Below are positions 1 to 12,935 of a stretch of DNA of 64,000 bases, one piece after another (within the stretch, counting starts at the first letter, position 1; every line of letters starts with the position of its first letter). This DNA is from Takakia lepidozioides. Taxonomy: Eukaryota; Plantae; Bryophyta. The position numbers were made by a program, and so were the translations under genes. The DNA lies in NCBI GenBank assembly GCA_030704615.1, contig CM060732.1:68882001-68946000 (forward strand), given 5' to 3'. The notes beneath the pieces were generated by a model, which saw nothing but the letters and a program-made list of their open reading frames with translations, was not told the DNA's origin and did no database searches.

Positions 1-28
1 CCACCCAACAAAAAGAGATGGAAAAACA

Positions 29-430
29 GTGCGCCGTGTTGCTTCGGGTGCAGATCACGAATGCAAGATGGAATCGGCTAGAATTTTGCAGGCTACGGTG
101 ACTCGTATCACCGAAGTCCCTTCCCCGGGGTATGGACGGATTTACACAGTGCTGTCAATTGGCTCAGTTCTTCATGCCAAAGAATATCAAGTTACCATTG
201 GGAATTTCCCATCGTGCACTTGTCCGGATTTTGTAACGATGCGTGAGGGCGCTCTCGGCATGAGAGGGAAGTGGGTCCCCTGCAAGCATCAATATTACAT
301 ATACCTTGTAATTATGTGTTGCGACGGTAAGAGAGACCAATTCATTCACCAAGCCACACTAGGCTACGGAGAAGTCATCACCCTTCTGCAGCGGGACACC
401 TCGCGTAGAGCTCCGCCAACTTCTCTTTGA
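29..430 (+). mobile_element. C-terminal SWIM zinc-finger portion of a MULE-type transposase (5' part lies outside the window)
   Basis: ORF contains the CxC...CxH SWIM pattern 'FPSCTCPDF...WVPCKHQYYIY'. It resembles the SWIM segment at 37440-37700 ('YPACNCEDF...YVPCKHLYYIF'). Confidence 0.75.
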
Positions 431-839
431 ACACATACGAGCCATGCCCGCTTCCCATGCTGGTTTCCAGGTTGCCGTGTGAAGACTTTTCATTTTATGA
501 CAAACATATACATTTCGTTCACTTGTGAGGGCAAATGCACTTGCGATTCATTGTAAGCGTCTCTCTGTGAATTGAAATAAACTGTGTCAATCATTCTGAG
601 CTCAAATCTGCCATGTTTACATATTCCTCTTTTTTGGCACGCATTGCAGACATGGTGCATGGTGGCCTCCTTTGTTTTGTCCACGGTAATAGGCCCTCTT
701 CCTGCAATCCTCGCCTATAGGACCTGCTTCTCCAGCAGATTCATGCCGCTCACGCTTCCCTGAAGCGTGAGCTCAGCTCACGCTTCAAAGCTTGAACGTG
801 AGCTCAGCTCCCAGGCTCACGGGGCTGGGCTCACGCCGT

Positions 840-1850
840 AGCTACGCTGGGTTGATAGCCACCTCCGGTTTCTTCTTTGCACTTGATGATGCTCCTGAGG
901 CATTCAACTTTTCCATGAGGTCTAGAGGCAACATGCTTCCAAGCAGGTCTCGGTGGTGCGAAACAGCGGCAGACGACAACGTTCCCGCGACCATCTCTCA
1001 TCCCTGCTCTCTCAAGACCTGGTTCTCCACTCGCAGCGCTTCCTCCCAAGCCCAGCTGACTTCCTCGTCCTCCCCCCCTTATATTGAAGGTTGCTCTTCG
1101 GTCGCCTCCGGAATCACTTCAAGGCCTTCCTCTCCAAACTGTGGTTGCAGAATCGGGTTTTGCCCTTTGTCCTCATCTCCGACAGAGGTTTATTCTCCCA
1201 TTCTAAGTTCTTGTCTCGCCTTCCTCATCCTCTCCTTAGCGCGTGCCCTTGGCTTGTTTGATGTGAAATAAAATGTTCTTCGACGCTTTCTTCTCTCTCG
1301 GGATGGGGTCACTGTCTCTGCAGAATCCAGGGTTGCAAGGAGAAGAAGGAGAAGAAGGAAGAAAGGGCACTACGGGAGGTTCACCGCAAGGCCATCCACG
1401 CCAAGATGATCGCTCGAAACGACCTATGCGCCACATGCACATTCCACATGCATGGCGAACACGTGTCCATCTAACCGTTATGAATATCTCCGGAAATCAT
1501 TTGTTTCTCATCCACCGAAATTCGTTCGGGTCCACCTCTCATCCGAAAAAGTTCATTATTGGGTAATAGCTTTTGGGATGTTTCAGAGGAATGTGCAGTT
1601 GGTACACTTGTACAGCAGTGCAGGTGCCGTTAACATTGAATGGAAATGGGCACCTCATCTGGACTCTCTGACATGATAGCCAAATGGCGGCTCTGTCAGT
1701 CAAACTTGCGGAATTCGTTGTCCAATGCACTGGTGGGGCACCTGTGAAAAAACAGTTGGATTCTTTGATTAGGGCTGACATTGTCCACTCCGCATTTGGG
1801 CACTCTGTGACCATTCACTTGGTTCGCATGGGGACACATTTCTTTGATGT
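840..1850 (-). pseudogene. Degraded ORF of unknown function, convergent with the SWIM ORF; probable transposon accessory gene
   Basis: Same-frame ORF pieces 1539-1814 and 1236-1442 are separated by stops. An acidic coding-like stretch continues to ~840 in another frame. Confidence 0.3.
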
Positions 1851-1979
1851 GCCGAACCGCGTTAGGAGACCTGCATGCGGGAGCGACACCTGCAATTGTG
1901 TGTAAGGACGTCTTCTATACAACCAAAAAACTCCGCTCTAGTACAACCTGCAATCAGAAGCAACATTGGACTGTGAACT

Positions 1980-3895
1980 GTGCGCTTTGAAGCAACATTG
2001 ACAGATGGCCTCCCAGGCCATGGGCTTGACGCGGACTTCTTCAGTGAGGACCACCCTGTGCCATTTTCTTACGAGGTGGAAGATGACGGTTTTGCGGTGG
2101 TGCATGAACACGTGCTCGCAACGCAGTTTCGGTTGGAAAATAGAACTCTATTCCTTGAGAGGGAAGTGTACGATGCCAATGGAAAACTGCTTATGTACGC
2201 GTTCCAGAAACCTTCGCATACTGCATCAACCACACAATGGAGAGTGCCTCCAGGCAGATACAGGGTGCTCAGTGCTCCTCGGAGACAATCTGCAGGATCG
2301 TTCCTTACTCCTGGCACGGCATCATCAGTGGCCCAGGAGAAAACACCCGTGGTTGTCAAGAAGGAGTCAAGTACCGTTAACACTGTAGTTGAGTTTTCGG
2401 ACTCATCCTCCGATGACGCCTGTGAAATACCGCCCGTGGATCAGCCATGTCCAGATCAGGAAGCAGATGTGGAGGAGATCACCAGTGTCATTCATAAACT
2501 GAAAGCCATGGGTGGGATGGCAGGATTCAAGAGTGAGTTGAGGGGGATTGACTGGAGCACTTTCAATGTTCAGAGTGTGGCATTCTTGCCGGAATCTTTT
2601 GATGATAATATTGTTTTCGAGCTGCATCCTCCGGGTCGCGCGGGGGGCATTTCCAGTCTCATGGAAGGAATGGACAAAAAACACGATGGGCACCCTTGGT
2701 GCCGCACAAAAACCTCCAATATTCACAACCATGACAACCTCATATTCAGACGAACAGTCTATAATGGGCACCTGAAATGCGAGAACATAAAATGCAGACA
2801 CTTCGCACTGTCAGGTGTGCAAAACCAAAACGAATGGGATGGTGTCACTGAGAATCCATTCAAGCCTGGGGTGACACCACCATACAGTAACACTTTTGTG
2901 TGCAAGTTTTGTAGGGTACCACCTTGCTGCCTTGCATTGTGTGGCGCCAGAATGTACTATGTGGTGCATCAATTCAAAACCCTGACTAGAGCCTGTGTCC
3001 ATTTCGATTTTCACAACCACCTTGTATCCGAGGGGATTACAGGGAGAGCGTTGAGACAGTCTTGCGTCTGATAAAGCAAGAGTTGGATACCAATCCAACT
3101 GGAACCGCATCTGCAATTGCCATGGGGGCGAGCAAGTCCTTTATGGAAAGCCGTATTCTGTGTGCATCGGATTCGGTTGGAAGAAAACTGGAGGGACCAG
3201 CTTTGGACATTGTTATGGACCATTTCTCCACTTTGACTTCTCCAAACATTAGGAATCAGATGAACGCTTTAAGAATGGGCTCTGGGAGCCGAGGTTATAT
3301 GGACAATATTATGGATTTGAAGAAAAGGAGCATGTATGACTACATCCAAGACAACGTTTTCCCGGGACAAAGAGCCAGGAAAGTATTCATGTTCAAAATG
3401 TCCACAAAAGGTGAGGGCAGTGGAGTCAGCTTGGTTAAACGTATGCAGAAGGGTGGCGATCTTGGCAACTACTTCCTTATGTTCGATCACGTCAAGAGGG
3501 TTAAAGACTGGACCACAATGACATGTCATGTTTACGATCCTGTGTACCAGCGTGTCATGACAATTGCAGTGTGTGACATGCAGTCAGAGGACACAGATTC
3601 ACAGCAGCTCGTGTGGGAAGCTCTCATTCGTGTTATGGCCTCCAATGGTCTCCCATCTCCCAATTTTGTTGGTTTCATGGCCGACAGTGCTCAAACTAAC
3701 TTCAACGTTGTCCGCATTGTGTTCGGGACGGGAGATCCAAAAGTGCCAATGCCTGGAAGAGAACGTACGTGTCTTTTCCATTGGACACAATCCCTGGACA
3801 AACACACAAAGGAAGACATCAAGCCAGATATGCAGAATATGCATCGTCAATTGTGCAAACAATACAAAGACGCCAAAACTATGGGGGAAGCGAAT
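1980..3895 (+). mobile_element. Mutator-like (MULE) transposase pseudogene with N-terminal GCM/WRKY-like zinc DNA-binding domain; frameshifted near 3040-3070 and truncated at ~3895
   Basis: First ORF has 'DGHPWCRTKTSN...GHLKCENIKC...CKFC...CGARMYYV...HNHLVSEG' (GCM-like). Second ORF has the MULE core 'FLMFDHVKRV...DMQSED...FMADSAQ...CLFHWTQS' (D..D..CxxH). Confidence 0.8.
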
Positions 3896-6438
3896 ACAGA
3901 ATCCAGAGCTAGATGGACATGTGGCACGGATTGTGTGGCCTAGATGTGGTAATCCCTGTTAACGGGACATGTGGCAGGGATGTGTGGCCTAGATGCGCAT
4001 GAACTCCTCTTGTGGGTCCTAGGCAATGCTATGTCCTACATTTTGTAAGTAATTTTCTCAAGTTTAGAAAGTTTTGGTCATTTATCATATATACATATAT
4101 TTATATTTTCTTACACAGACCTCAGAGGCAACGCATTTCATCCATCCATCCATGTTTGTCTCTAGGGAACAAGGAACCTATGTCTCTAGGGAACAGGGAA
4201 CCAAAAAGACAACTCCGTACTCAGATTGCAGTTTCGTACTCGTATTGGATGATAAGGTACTCCACAGCTAGATGGTATACTGGGGGAATCGTGATCCAAT
4301 GATTTCTTTTTTCTTTTTTTTTCCTGTTTTTTCATCCAAGGAAACCCCAGCGCAGTCTTGAGGGGGGAAATTCACCTCCTTTCTGATCCATAGAGGCCAC
4401 CCCAGCCCGAAGGCAGCACAGGGGTTCGAACCCCAGACCCACAGGCCAACACATAGTACATAATTCGACATAAATGAATGATTTCTGTGTCTGGATGAGT
4501 CCAATGGTCATCAGATATCGTCCATCCGCTGCAACCATGTGAAATTGGTATGTACAAACTTTCCTGGCAAGTACAGTACTTGCTACTTACCAGAATTTGG
4601 ATGATATCCAGGACATGAATGAGAAATAACTGTTCTCCACCACCGACCATCCACAGCAACTACTGCGATCCTCTTAGTTCCCTTGGTTCCGGGAGATGAA
4701 TGAAATAGCGACCGGAAGATTCCGGTCATTCATGTAAGTACGATACCGGAGTGCCAGTGGTCCGAAACGAATCGATGACGTGGCAGGCAAGAAGCGCTTG
4801 CATGGTTGTGTTGCCACATGCCAACTTTGGCTTTAAAGTAATTTTCCTTCCTCGTAATTAATTAACTTATTAAATTATTGAAAAGTTGGATTTTGTTTGG
4901 CGGCACGCGCTTTTTCGTGCCTTTACATAAAAAGCCCTATTTCCCGTATTATACAATCCGCCGAGTCGACGCGTGTGGCCCCTTGACTGTCACTTTTATT
5001 AGATATTTGTTTTAGTTTTCGCTGACTCTAAATTAATTAAATACAGCCTTTAAATGTTATAATAGCAACTCGAAATGCTCGTGCTGTTTTATGCCAGTCG
5101 CAGGAACAGAGAACAGAGCCATATTTGATTCAGTAGGAATATATGGTTCCAGAGGAATATTCTGTATATTTGGATGTGGTTGTCAGGGAGCATGAGATAT
5201 TAATGTGGGAAGGCAGAGGAGGGCACCCTTCTTTATCTCAATCTATCATTTCATGCGCCATCGCATTAATCAAAGTAGGTACGTCCTGTGACCATTTCAG
5301 ACTTTATTATTATTATTATTATGCTATTTTTTTCTTGACCATAATATATTGTCTCAAATTAATTAATTAATTACGGACCTTGAGAAAAGAACAATGAAAA
5401 TTTTATTTGATTTTATTAGCTGGATGCTTGAGGACGACGCTTGTTTCCAAGATACTTCGCTCCCCTTTGTTTCCAAGATGCGATGTATGTTGACACGCTC
5501 CCATTGACTGAGTATGGAAATGTGTACGACCATACAAGTGGGAAAATAAAAGTGGAGATGTGGATCGTAACGTATGTAGTTGCGATGGCAGGTTTCGGAA
5601 ATAGTCTTGTCCTCAACGGTTTATCGGAGCATGAATTAAGTCATCAACTGACCTTCAAAAGCGAACCATAGCAAGTTGAGCTTAGTACGTTAGTACGAGA
5701 TGGTCTACAATTAAAAGGTAAAAACAAATACCCTTTCCCTTAAAAAATAAAAGGAAAAGGAAAAGGAAGATATTCAAGATTCCGTCACAGCGATAGATGA
5801 TCCTTGAAAAAGATTTAAATAAGGCAGCATAAATGCCGCGTGAAGATGATGGAACCGTCGTGATTCTCGGTCTTTTATGACATGCAGCATTTTATTTTTA
5901 AAAAAGTCCCTTTGACTCACCAATTTCGGAGGCAGATCATGCGAGTGCGGAGGATCATACGACAGAATCTGGGATGGGGAAGACTCTTGTCTGGAATCCG
6001 ACTCGATTTGTGGCTCAGAACCGGCTTGCCGTGTGAAGACGGAGGAAGATTCCATGGACGAATGCGGCTTGAGAGCTATGGAAGCAAGGGCCCAAGTTCC
6101 GAGAAGGTGCGGGTGGTGGGGACGATGATGGAGGGGGGTGTGGTGGTCACATGGCGTGTGCGCAGACGGCAGGGATGAGGCAAGGAATTAGCAGCGGATT
6201 AATTAGGACTAAGTGCGGTGGGATGGGGCTAATGTTCAGGCTTTTGAAGAGCACTCATCGTCCCCATCTGTTTCTTAGGATATCCTGCTTCTGTGGTCTA
6301 GCTCGCACGTTCCCCGCTGTGCAACGCCGTACTCTGCTGTGGCGGCCTTGCTTTGTTTGGAGAAGGCAGGATTGCTAGGAGGAAGGAGTACGCAGAAAGC
6401 TGGAGGAAGCTGAAGGGAAGGCAGGCCGGGGGGCCAAG

Positions 6439-8156
6439 ATGAGGGTGCAGTGTGATGTGTGCGAGCGTAGTATGGCCACAGTGATGTGCTGTGCGGATGA
6501 AGCAGCCCTGTGTACAGAGTGCGATACTAGAGTACACGCTGCCAATAAGTTAGCCAACAAGCATCAACGCATTTCCCTTCTCGGCACCTCTGACGCTCCG
6601 CGCTGTGATATTTGCCAGGTTTGTTCCGAAGTTTTTTGTGGATGATGCCGGATGTGGTGTCTGGGGAGTGCAATTGGGAGGATAGGCCGCTGTGCTGGTG
6701 GAGTGCAGAAAGGAAGTAGCTTGGAATTTCTCTGCGTGCGTTAGGGAGGTGAAGACGAACGCAAACTGCTTATTCTCTCTGCCCGGCATGTTTTCCTGCT
6801 GGTTTGTGTAGAGCCAAGGGCGCACTTGTGGTCGGCAATGTCTCGTTGCATTGTTCGGCCTCAGCATGTGCGTTACTCGGTTCTGTGCTGTACGGGGCTT
6901 GGACCAGTATGGTGTTGTCTCGTGCTCTTACATGTGTTGCGGTGTTAAAGAATGGCTGTACTGTGAAAGGCTGCTGCGATCTTCCCCGTGTAAAATTGGC
7001 TTCTCATGTAACTTGCACTGCGTTCTCATGCTATGTTGTAGCTTTTGGCTGACAGGCTCTTGTGTTTGAAACATGTGCAGGAGAAGACGGCCTTCTTTTT
7101 CTGCTTGGAAGACCGTGCCCTGCTTTGCCGGGATTGTGATGTTTCCATCCATACAGTCAACACTCTCTCCTCCAACCATCAGCGGTTTTTGTTAACAGGG
7201 CTTAGAGTATCCTTGGATGCCATCAGCGGACAAGATGTGGCAGAAGCCGCTCCAGAAGAAGCCCCCCGATTTACTCCCGCGCCCAAATTATATCCATCTG
7301 TTGCCCCCCCTACCAAAGCGAGTCCAGTTGCCAGTGCGAAACCTGAGCCCGTTCCTACATTTAAACCCCCTGTCTCTACCCCTTACGGTTCTGCTCCGTT
7401 GGGAAGAACGCTAGGAAGTCTGGGTGCGAAGGTGACAGGGATGACCTCTATCAACTTAGGACAGCAGAAGGGTTCTGGATTGACGAGAAAACCCACTATT
7501 ACAGAGTTTCTCACGGAGTCGATCCCTAGCTGGCGAGTGGACGAGTTACTGAATCTTCCAGACTTGGCTGATGGTTACAACATTGGTGACATCGGATCAT
7601 CCAAGGTACTCTCAGTCATGTTCGTTTAATCGTTGACTTCGTTACCTATGGTTCGCTAGATCCTGTAGGTGGTCCCCGTTGTGAAATGGCAGTCCTCATC
7701 AACGCCTTTCGTCTATTGTTGCCTTGTGTTCGTGATGGGAGGGAGTTGTCTCCCTCACGCAATTTATCTCTGTTTTTATCCGTCTAGTATGTGTGGTATA
7801 TGGCAAATTCATTAGTAGCAATATGATTTGGTTCTGATCATGTGTCTTGGGTATGGTTGCAGGCGGAGCTTCAAAACCTTGGAGACTTTGACTGGACTGC
7901 AGATCTCAGCTTGTTTGAGGAACAAATGTATGCTGAGTCACTTCATGAAGTCCCACAGTTGCCTTCTCCACCAACTGCCTCTGGCCTGTCCCGCTCTGCG
8001 AGGGTTGGTGGGGTTGGGAAGGGAAAAGCAAAGCAGGATATGGCCCTTGTTCCAGAGTTTGATGACTCGTTTGTTGTCCCTGATCTTGGTCTTCAGTCAT
8101 CACCTATTTCATCTTCACCTATGGCAAAGCGGAGAAGAGCTTTCTATGAGTACTAG
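6439..8156 (+). CDS. BBX: Double B-box zinc-finger protein, structural group IV (STO/BBX24/BBX21-22-like); join(6439..6618,7081..7605,7863..8156), ~332 aa
   Basis: B-box1 'QCDVCE...VMCCADEAALCTECDTRVHAANKLANKHQR' and B-box2 'CDICQ|EKTAFFFCLEDRALLCRDCD...HQRFLLTG'. C-terminal VP motif 'FVVPDLG' and basic NLS 'KRRR'. GT-AG introns keep the frame. Confidence 0.93.
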
Positions 8157-10496
8157 TGTTGTATAGATGTCCTTTGTACTGAAGGTAAGTTCTTCAATCA
8201 ATCCCCTAAACCTTACTCTCCCTCATCGAAAGCTCTGTGTTCATCCCTTTCTGTCCATCTATGCTTTTTCTTGCCAACCAGAATATTAGGTGGCCAAAGT
8301 CCCAGGAAGAGGCAAACCGTTGCAATTCCTGTATTCTCCACATATGTGAGAAATTTCCTGCGATCCTCTTCTGAGCCATGTAAGGTGCACACAGTCAGTT
8401 ACTAAGTCGTCAAAGAAGAGAGGGGGTAAGTCAGCAGTGGCCCTCAGAACTTGTAAGGAACCAGGTGGCTGGATTGTGGCCTACAATATAGCCAAAGGAA
8501 TGAGGCTGGAATCTGTGAGACAGACCTATGATGTTACTTGCATGTATCTCCCAACAAGTAGGAGAGCGTGCCTTTGTCATCAGAAGTACAGTGTTCTCAG
8601 GCTTGGGTGGACAATGTGTAAGCAATCCTTTCTCTTGGACGTTTAGCCAATTCTTGCCACAAGAGGTTCAGCTCCTTGGCAGTACATACGCACTTCTATG
8701 TCAAGGTGTGCCAGTCTGGACATACAGTTCCTCGAAGAGAAGCTGTTCTTGAGAGTGCTTAGCTTGTTTTGGCGTCTGAACTCGAACTATGAATGGCATG
8801 GGTGGAGTTTGGGAGCATGGTTGAGTATGTTGATGACTCCTCTTGTTCCCATAGGTCTATGTTGATGCTGTGGGTATTCAGTGTAATGCACCGTTGAGAA
8901 AAGTGAGCCATAAAGATGAGGTGTACCTCTGCTTTAAGATGTTGTGGAGGATTGTTTCACTAAGCATTGCCTTACTTTGTTTTCTTGGGCTTTTTGTAAC
9001 CGTATGTGTTTCCTGGCTTGGAATTTATGCATTTCTGCTTTTCTATGAATGCTTTGGATGCTTACATCGAGTAGGAATGATTCCTGAGATGTGTCTGATT
9101 CCATCTCTCAGGGAGAGGACACCTTGGAGTGACTGAGGATCTATTTACCTACATTCTGACCTTCATGAAGTAATTTGAAGCATGTGAGTACAAATGCATA
9201 GTGACCACAATTATGTGTGATTGATCAACAGGTGCAAACAGGAGTGAGCTCTTAAGGTTGTGGCCTGGTCTGGGGATGGGTTGTCCAGTGCCACGCCGTG
9301 TCTTTGCTTTGTCATGTCTGCCAGTGTCTGCGAGTATAGGTAGCAGCAAGAAAGAAAGCATCTGAAAACAAGTCCGAAATGGGTGAAGACCTAAATTGGT
9401 GTAGTCAGAATCATCTTTTGTCAAGGTAGGTTCATACTGCCGGGTATATTAACAAGTATGACATCTCATCTCATGGATTGTCTAAACATGGTAGGGTGCA
9501 GCAGAAACTTACAATCAAAGAACAGTTACTATGATTGAGGTCACAACATCCTGACAGGGAGTAAAAGATGTCCAAGTATGCCTGAGATGTTGGGAAAGTT
9601 AAGGAATCTACTCCTATCCGAGTGGAGTACAACAAAACTGACCTGAAGAAGCCACATGTAAGATGAGCTTGAGCGAAAGTGCTGAGGCAAGTGTAGCTCT
9701 TGGCACCAGTGCATGCCAACTTTTGTAGACTGTCAGGCTGAAAAAATTAGCTGGTCCGAAAGTTCCTTCTCTTGGGTGTCAACTCTGTCTAACATGATTC
9801 CAGGGAAGTTATGGCCGCTGTGTCATTGATGGCGAAGGGTTATCGTGCAGAGTTCAAACAGTACTGCAAGTGCAGTTTGCCAGACCCAGTCTGGTTGATG
9901 TGTACACAACAAACTCATCAAAGACATGCAGGAAAAGGCCAAGGAGTTGTGCCTTCCCTTTGAGATCATGCCTTTGTGTGGAGGTACACCTCTGCAGTTG
10001 TTGTGTTTCTATGTCACTCATGTCTGCAATATGTACTCTTTGCAGAAGGTTGGCCCAACCCAAATCTATAGACCAAAGAGAATATTTTTAAAAAATATTA
10101 AATAGCATATATCACGAGGGGATAAAACGAAATCCTTACAGAAAGTAAAATCTGGCAAAAGCCAGCTGTCTATATTTATTTATATGTTTGATCCAAAGGG
10201 AAACTTGAAACTGTAAATCATATTGAGAAGTCGCGGAAAAAATAACCATGACTAAAGCCATGACATGCCTACATCAAATGATAAGAATCAGTCAAAAGGC
10301 AAGCTTTAAATGACAGCAAAGATGATAGTAGAAGCACAGAATAAATAAGGGGCCCAGGTTTGAAAGGGGGTGTGGGGATTAGAGATTGGTCCAGGAATAA
10401 ACTAGGGCCCACATGAAACGGAAAAGTCGTATTAAGGATATAAGAAAGGATAAAAGAAGGCACTGAGATGTCCCCAAAATTGTGCCCAAAATTGTG

Positions 10497-10635
10497 CACC
10501 CCATGCCAAAGACATTAATACATGGATGGTGCGGCATTGGGACCAGCCTTAGGCTTGGAGAGAAGCACCCATGCCAGGGACATTAATACATGGATGGTGC
10601 GACAGTGGGAACAAGAGCCCTAGGCTTGGAGAAGT
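10497..10635. repeat. ~70-bp direct duplication inside an LTR-like repeat
   Basis: 'cacccatgcca...gacattaatacatggatggtgcg...taggcttggagaag' occurs twice. Confidence 0.7.
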
Positions 10636-10724
10636 GTACATGACCCAGGCAACCTTTTAGAAGGGTCCCACTGCTAGGCAGGCTTCTAGAAGGTCCCACC
10701 CCCCCCCCTTGAGGGTATATAAAG

Positions 10725-10931
10725 TAAAGTAAAGTATGCTGCCTATATAAAGTAAAGTAAAGTATGCTGCCTCCAGAAGGGAGCGTAACTTATGGTGTCA
10801 CTGACCCCCAAGGGCTACTGCCTTCCAACAGGAAGGTGGACACTTCATGACACACCAGACGGTGGTTTGAACCCACAACCACATCCAACGTGGTATGTGC
10901 CCATTACCAATGGGCTACATGCTTGTTGTCC
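10725..10931 (-). mobile_element. Full-length tRNA-derived SINE (family A) with 13-bp TSD
   Basis: Minus strand has A-box-like 'TAGCCCATTGGTAA', B-box 'GGTTCAAACC' and a (CTTTA)n tail. Flanked by AGGGTATATAAAG at 10712-10724 and 10932-10944. The body recurs at ~28430, ~31745 and ~49500. Confidence 0.8.
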
Positions 10932-11401
10932 AGGGTATATAAAGAGAGTCAAGGGCTCTCTTCCCCTCTCACTTATTAGTCACTGGTACCTAGGGGGCTC
11001 TGCACACGCAGGGCCCAAAAAAAACACAAACCATGACATATTAAATTAATAGAAGTAGAGGGTGTGATGAATAAGGGGACTGATATGCACGTTTTTGAGA
11101 GAACAACTACCGCAAAGTGAGAAGGTAAGGGAATTGAGTTTAAGAGCTTAAACGAGAGCTTAACTAGAAAGCATTAAGGACAGGTAACAAAAGGGAAGCT
11201 GAAAAGCCTAGCCAGACCCAAAGTAGCTTTTGAACTATGACTACTCAGAAAGCGAGGAAGGTTCTTAAAAATCAAGTGTGCTTTGACCTTTGAGTCTTTG
11301 TTCTTTCTATGTTCTTTCCATGTCAAAAATAATTATCAGCATTGTTGTAGTTAGGAGAAGCCCATGGGCTAGATCCCAATTGTAGAGGGTTGTTGGGACC
11401 G

Positions 11402-11520
11402 GCGTCTCTTCCTTTTCGTCTCTCTTCCTTTAGCTGTGAATCTGCAGAGCACGGGTGCGGGTCTCTTCCTTTTCGTCTCTCTTTGTTTAGCTGTGAATCT
11501 GCACAGCACGGGTGCGGGAC
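11402..11520. repeat. Tandem duplication, ~59-bp unit x2
   Basis: 'gtctcttccttttcgtctctct...tttagctgtgaatctgca.agcacgggtgcggg' is repeated. Confidence 0.8.
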
Positions 11521-12935
11521 GGAGGCTGTAGAGATCTAGGAGCAAATGATGCAAGAATGCCATGGACGAGGTGGCACCTACACCTATGCACAGCAAATCG
11601 TCTGCCACTTTCTTAACCCAAAATCTTGGGGAACAAGATGATCAGACTTGATGAGGTTATGATAAGGTACAAGGGCAAGTATCGTGCCATTTGGCAGAAC
11701 ATGCCCGAAAAACCTTCAGAAGATACCCCTCCAGACCGTAATTATCTTTACCATCATCTTCGACATCACTACACAAAAGCAACGTGGGCCAACCAGATTA
11801 CCATTCAACACATCGGATGTGGGGGTAGGTTGACATCAGCCACAATCCTGAAGTAAGCCGAAGATCCACTAGTTCACTGATCCGCCTGAACCAGACCTAC
11901 GTGAAATCTTGAGCAATTAGAAGTGCATTGCTGTGCACCCAATTTTCCCCACCTTGCAATCCTTCTAGCAAGGACCAAAACTAAACAATTGAAACTTTCC
12001 CTCAAAATAGACTGGACAGTCATGCACGTGTTACATCCCGCAGTAAGGGATTGATGTAGAGGTTGAGGGGCTAGAATGTACTAAAACAAGCGACCGAACT
12101 AGATAGTTCACCACAATTGTGGTGAGATCCAGTTGTGGATCTATATTTGGCGCATCTTCCTGCAACTTAGGCACAGCATGATATTTGGCACAAAGCCTGG
12201 CTGACCATTTGAGCATGCTTACCAGGACAGTATCACCCATTGTCCTCAGCTGGATACATTCCTTCCTTCCTTGGGCAACAAAGGAAAATGATTGCATCCC
12301 AAGTTTTCCTTGCAAGTGCTTGTGTAGATTGGAACTCACGGAAAGTTGGAGAATGACTCTCAAAGAAGGTTGTGGGGAGGGATGTAGAGAGGAGGTGAGA
12401 ATGAAACCGGAGTGCTGGGTATTCCCTGACCTTGACAACAACGAGCGTGTTGCAGATCTTCTCCACTCCCTTTTTGTCGAAAACACACATGCCCAAATAC
12501 TTTAAGCAGCTGTTTGCTTCCTAATAGCTGCCGACCGATTTCCATGTGTCTCCAAAATCCAAACGACTTGTGCAAAGTGGTCCAGATGCAAAGTAGAGCA
12601 GAAACAGGGATCTGTTGATTGATCCTCCAAAATGTGGATTGATACATATTCTAGAACTTATGAAATTTCCAATGGTGACTATATTACTTACCTTTCAAGT
12701 GAATTTACAGTAAACTACAAAAGTGTAGTGCTCAATCACCTGTTGGCTGAGGCTCTGAGATTTTCGTTGCAGGTGCAAGATCCATCTCGACGTGGCACAA
12801 GGAGTACAACCACCTTGAGCTATGATTTGAAAATCACAGACTCCTGTCTGAACAGGGTGTGCAAGGAGGTAGGCATCCTCACAAATTTTGCGCCCTTTGC
12901 GAAGAGATGAGTGATGAACAATCAACCCACAATTC

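Noticed and set aside
4400-4450. tRNA-like 'GGGGTTCGAACCCC' B-box
   Set aside because: No cloverleaf or convincing A-box could be built; at most a SINE remnant, not a tRNA gene.
4776-4785. TGACGTGGCA bZIP/HY5-type box ~1.65 kb upstream of BBX
   Set aside because: Single short motif inside probable repeat-derived sequence; cannot be distinguished from chance.
8400-10100. Possible decayed L1 sequence 3' of BBX
   Set aside because: No translatable motif could be supported.
12031-12910. Several overlapping 90-150 aa ORFs downstream of IPUT1
   Set aside because: No recognisable domain or consistent splice pattern; probably UTR/intergenic or unrecognisably decayed.
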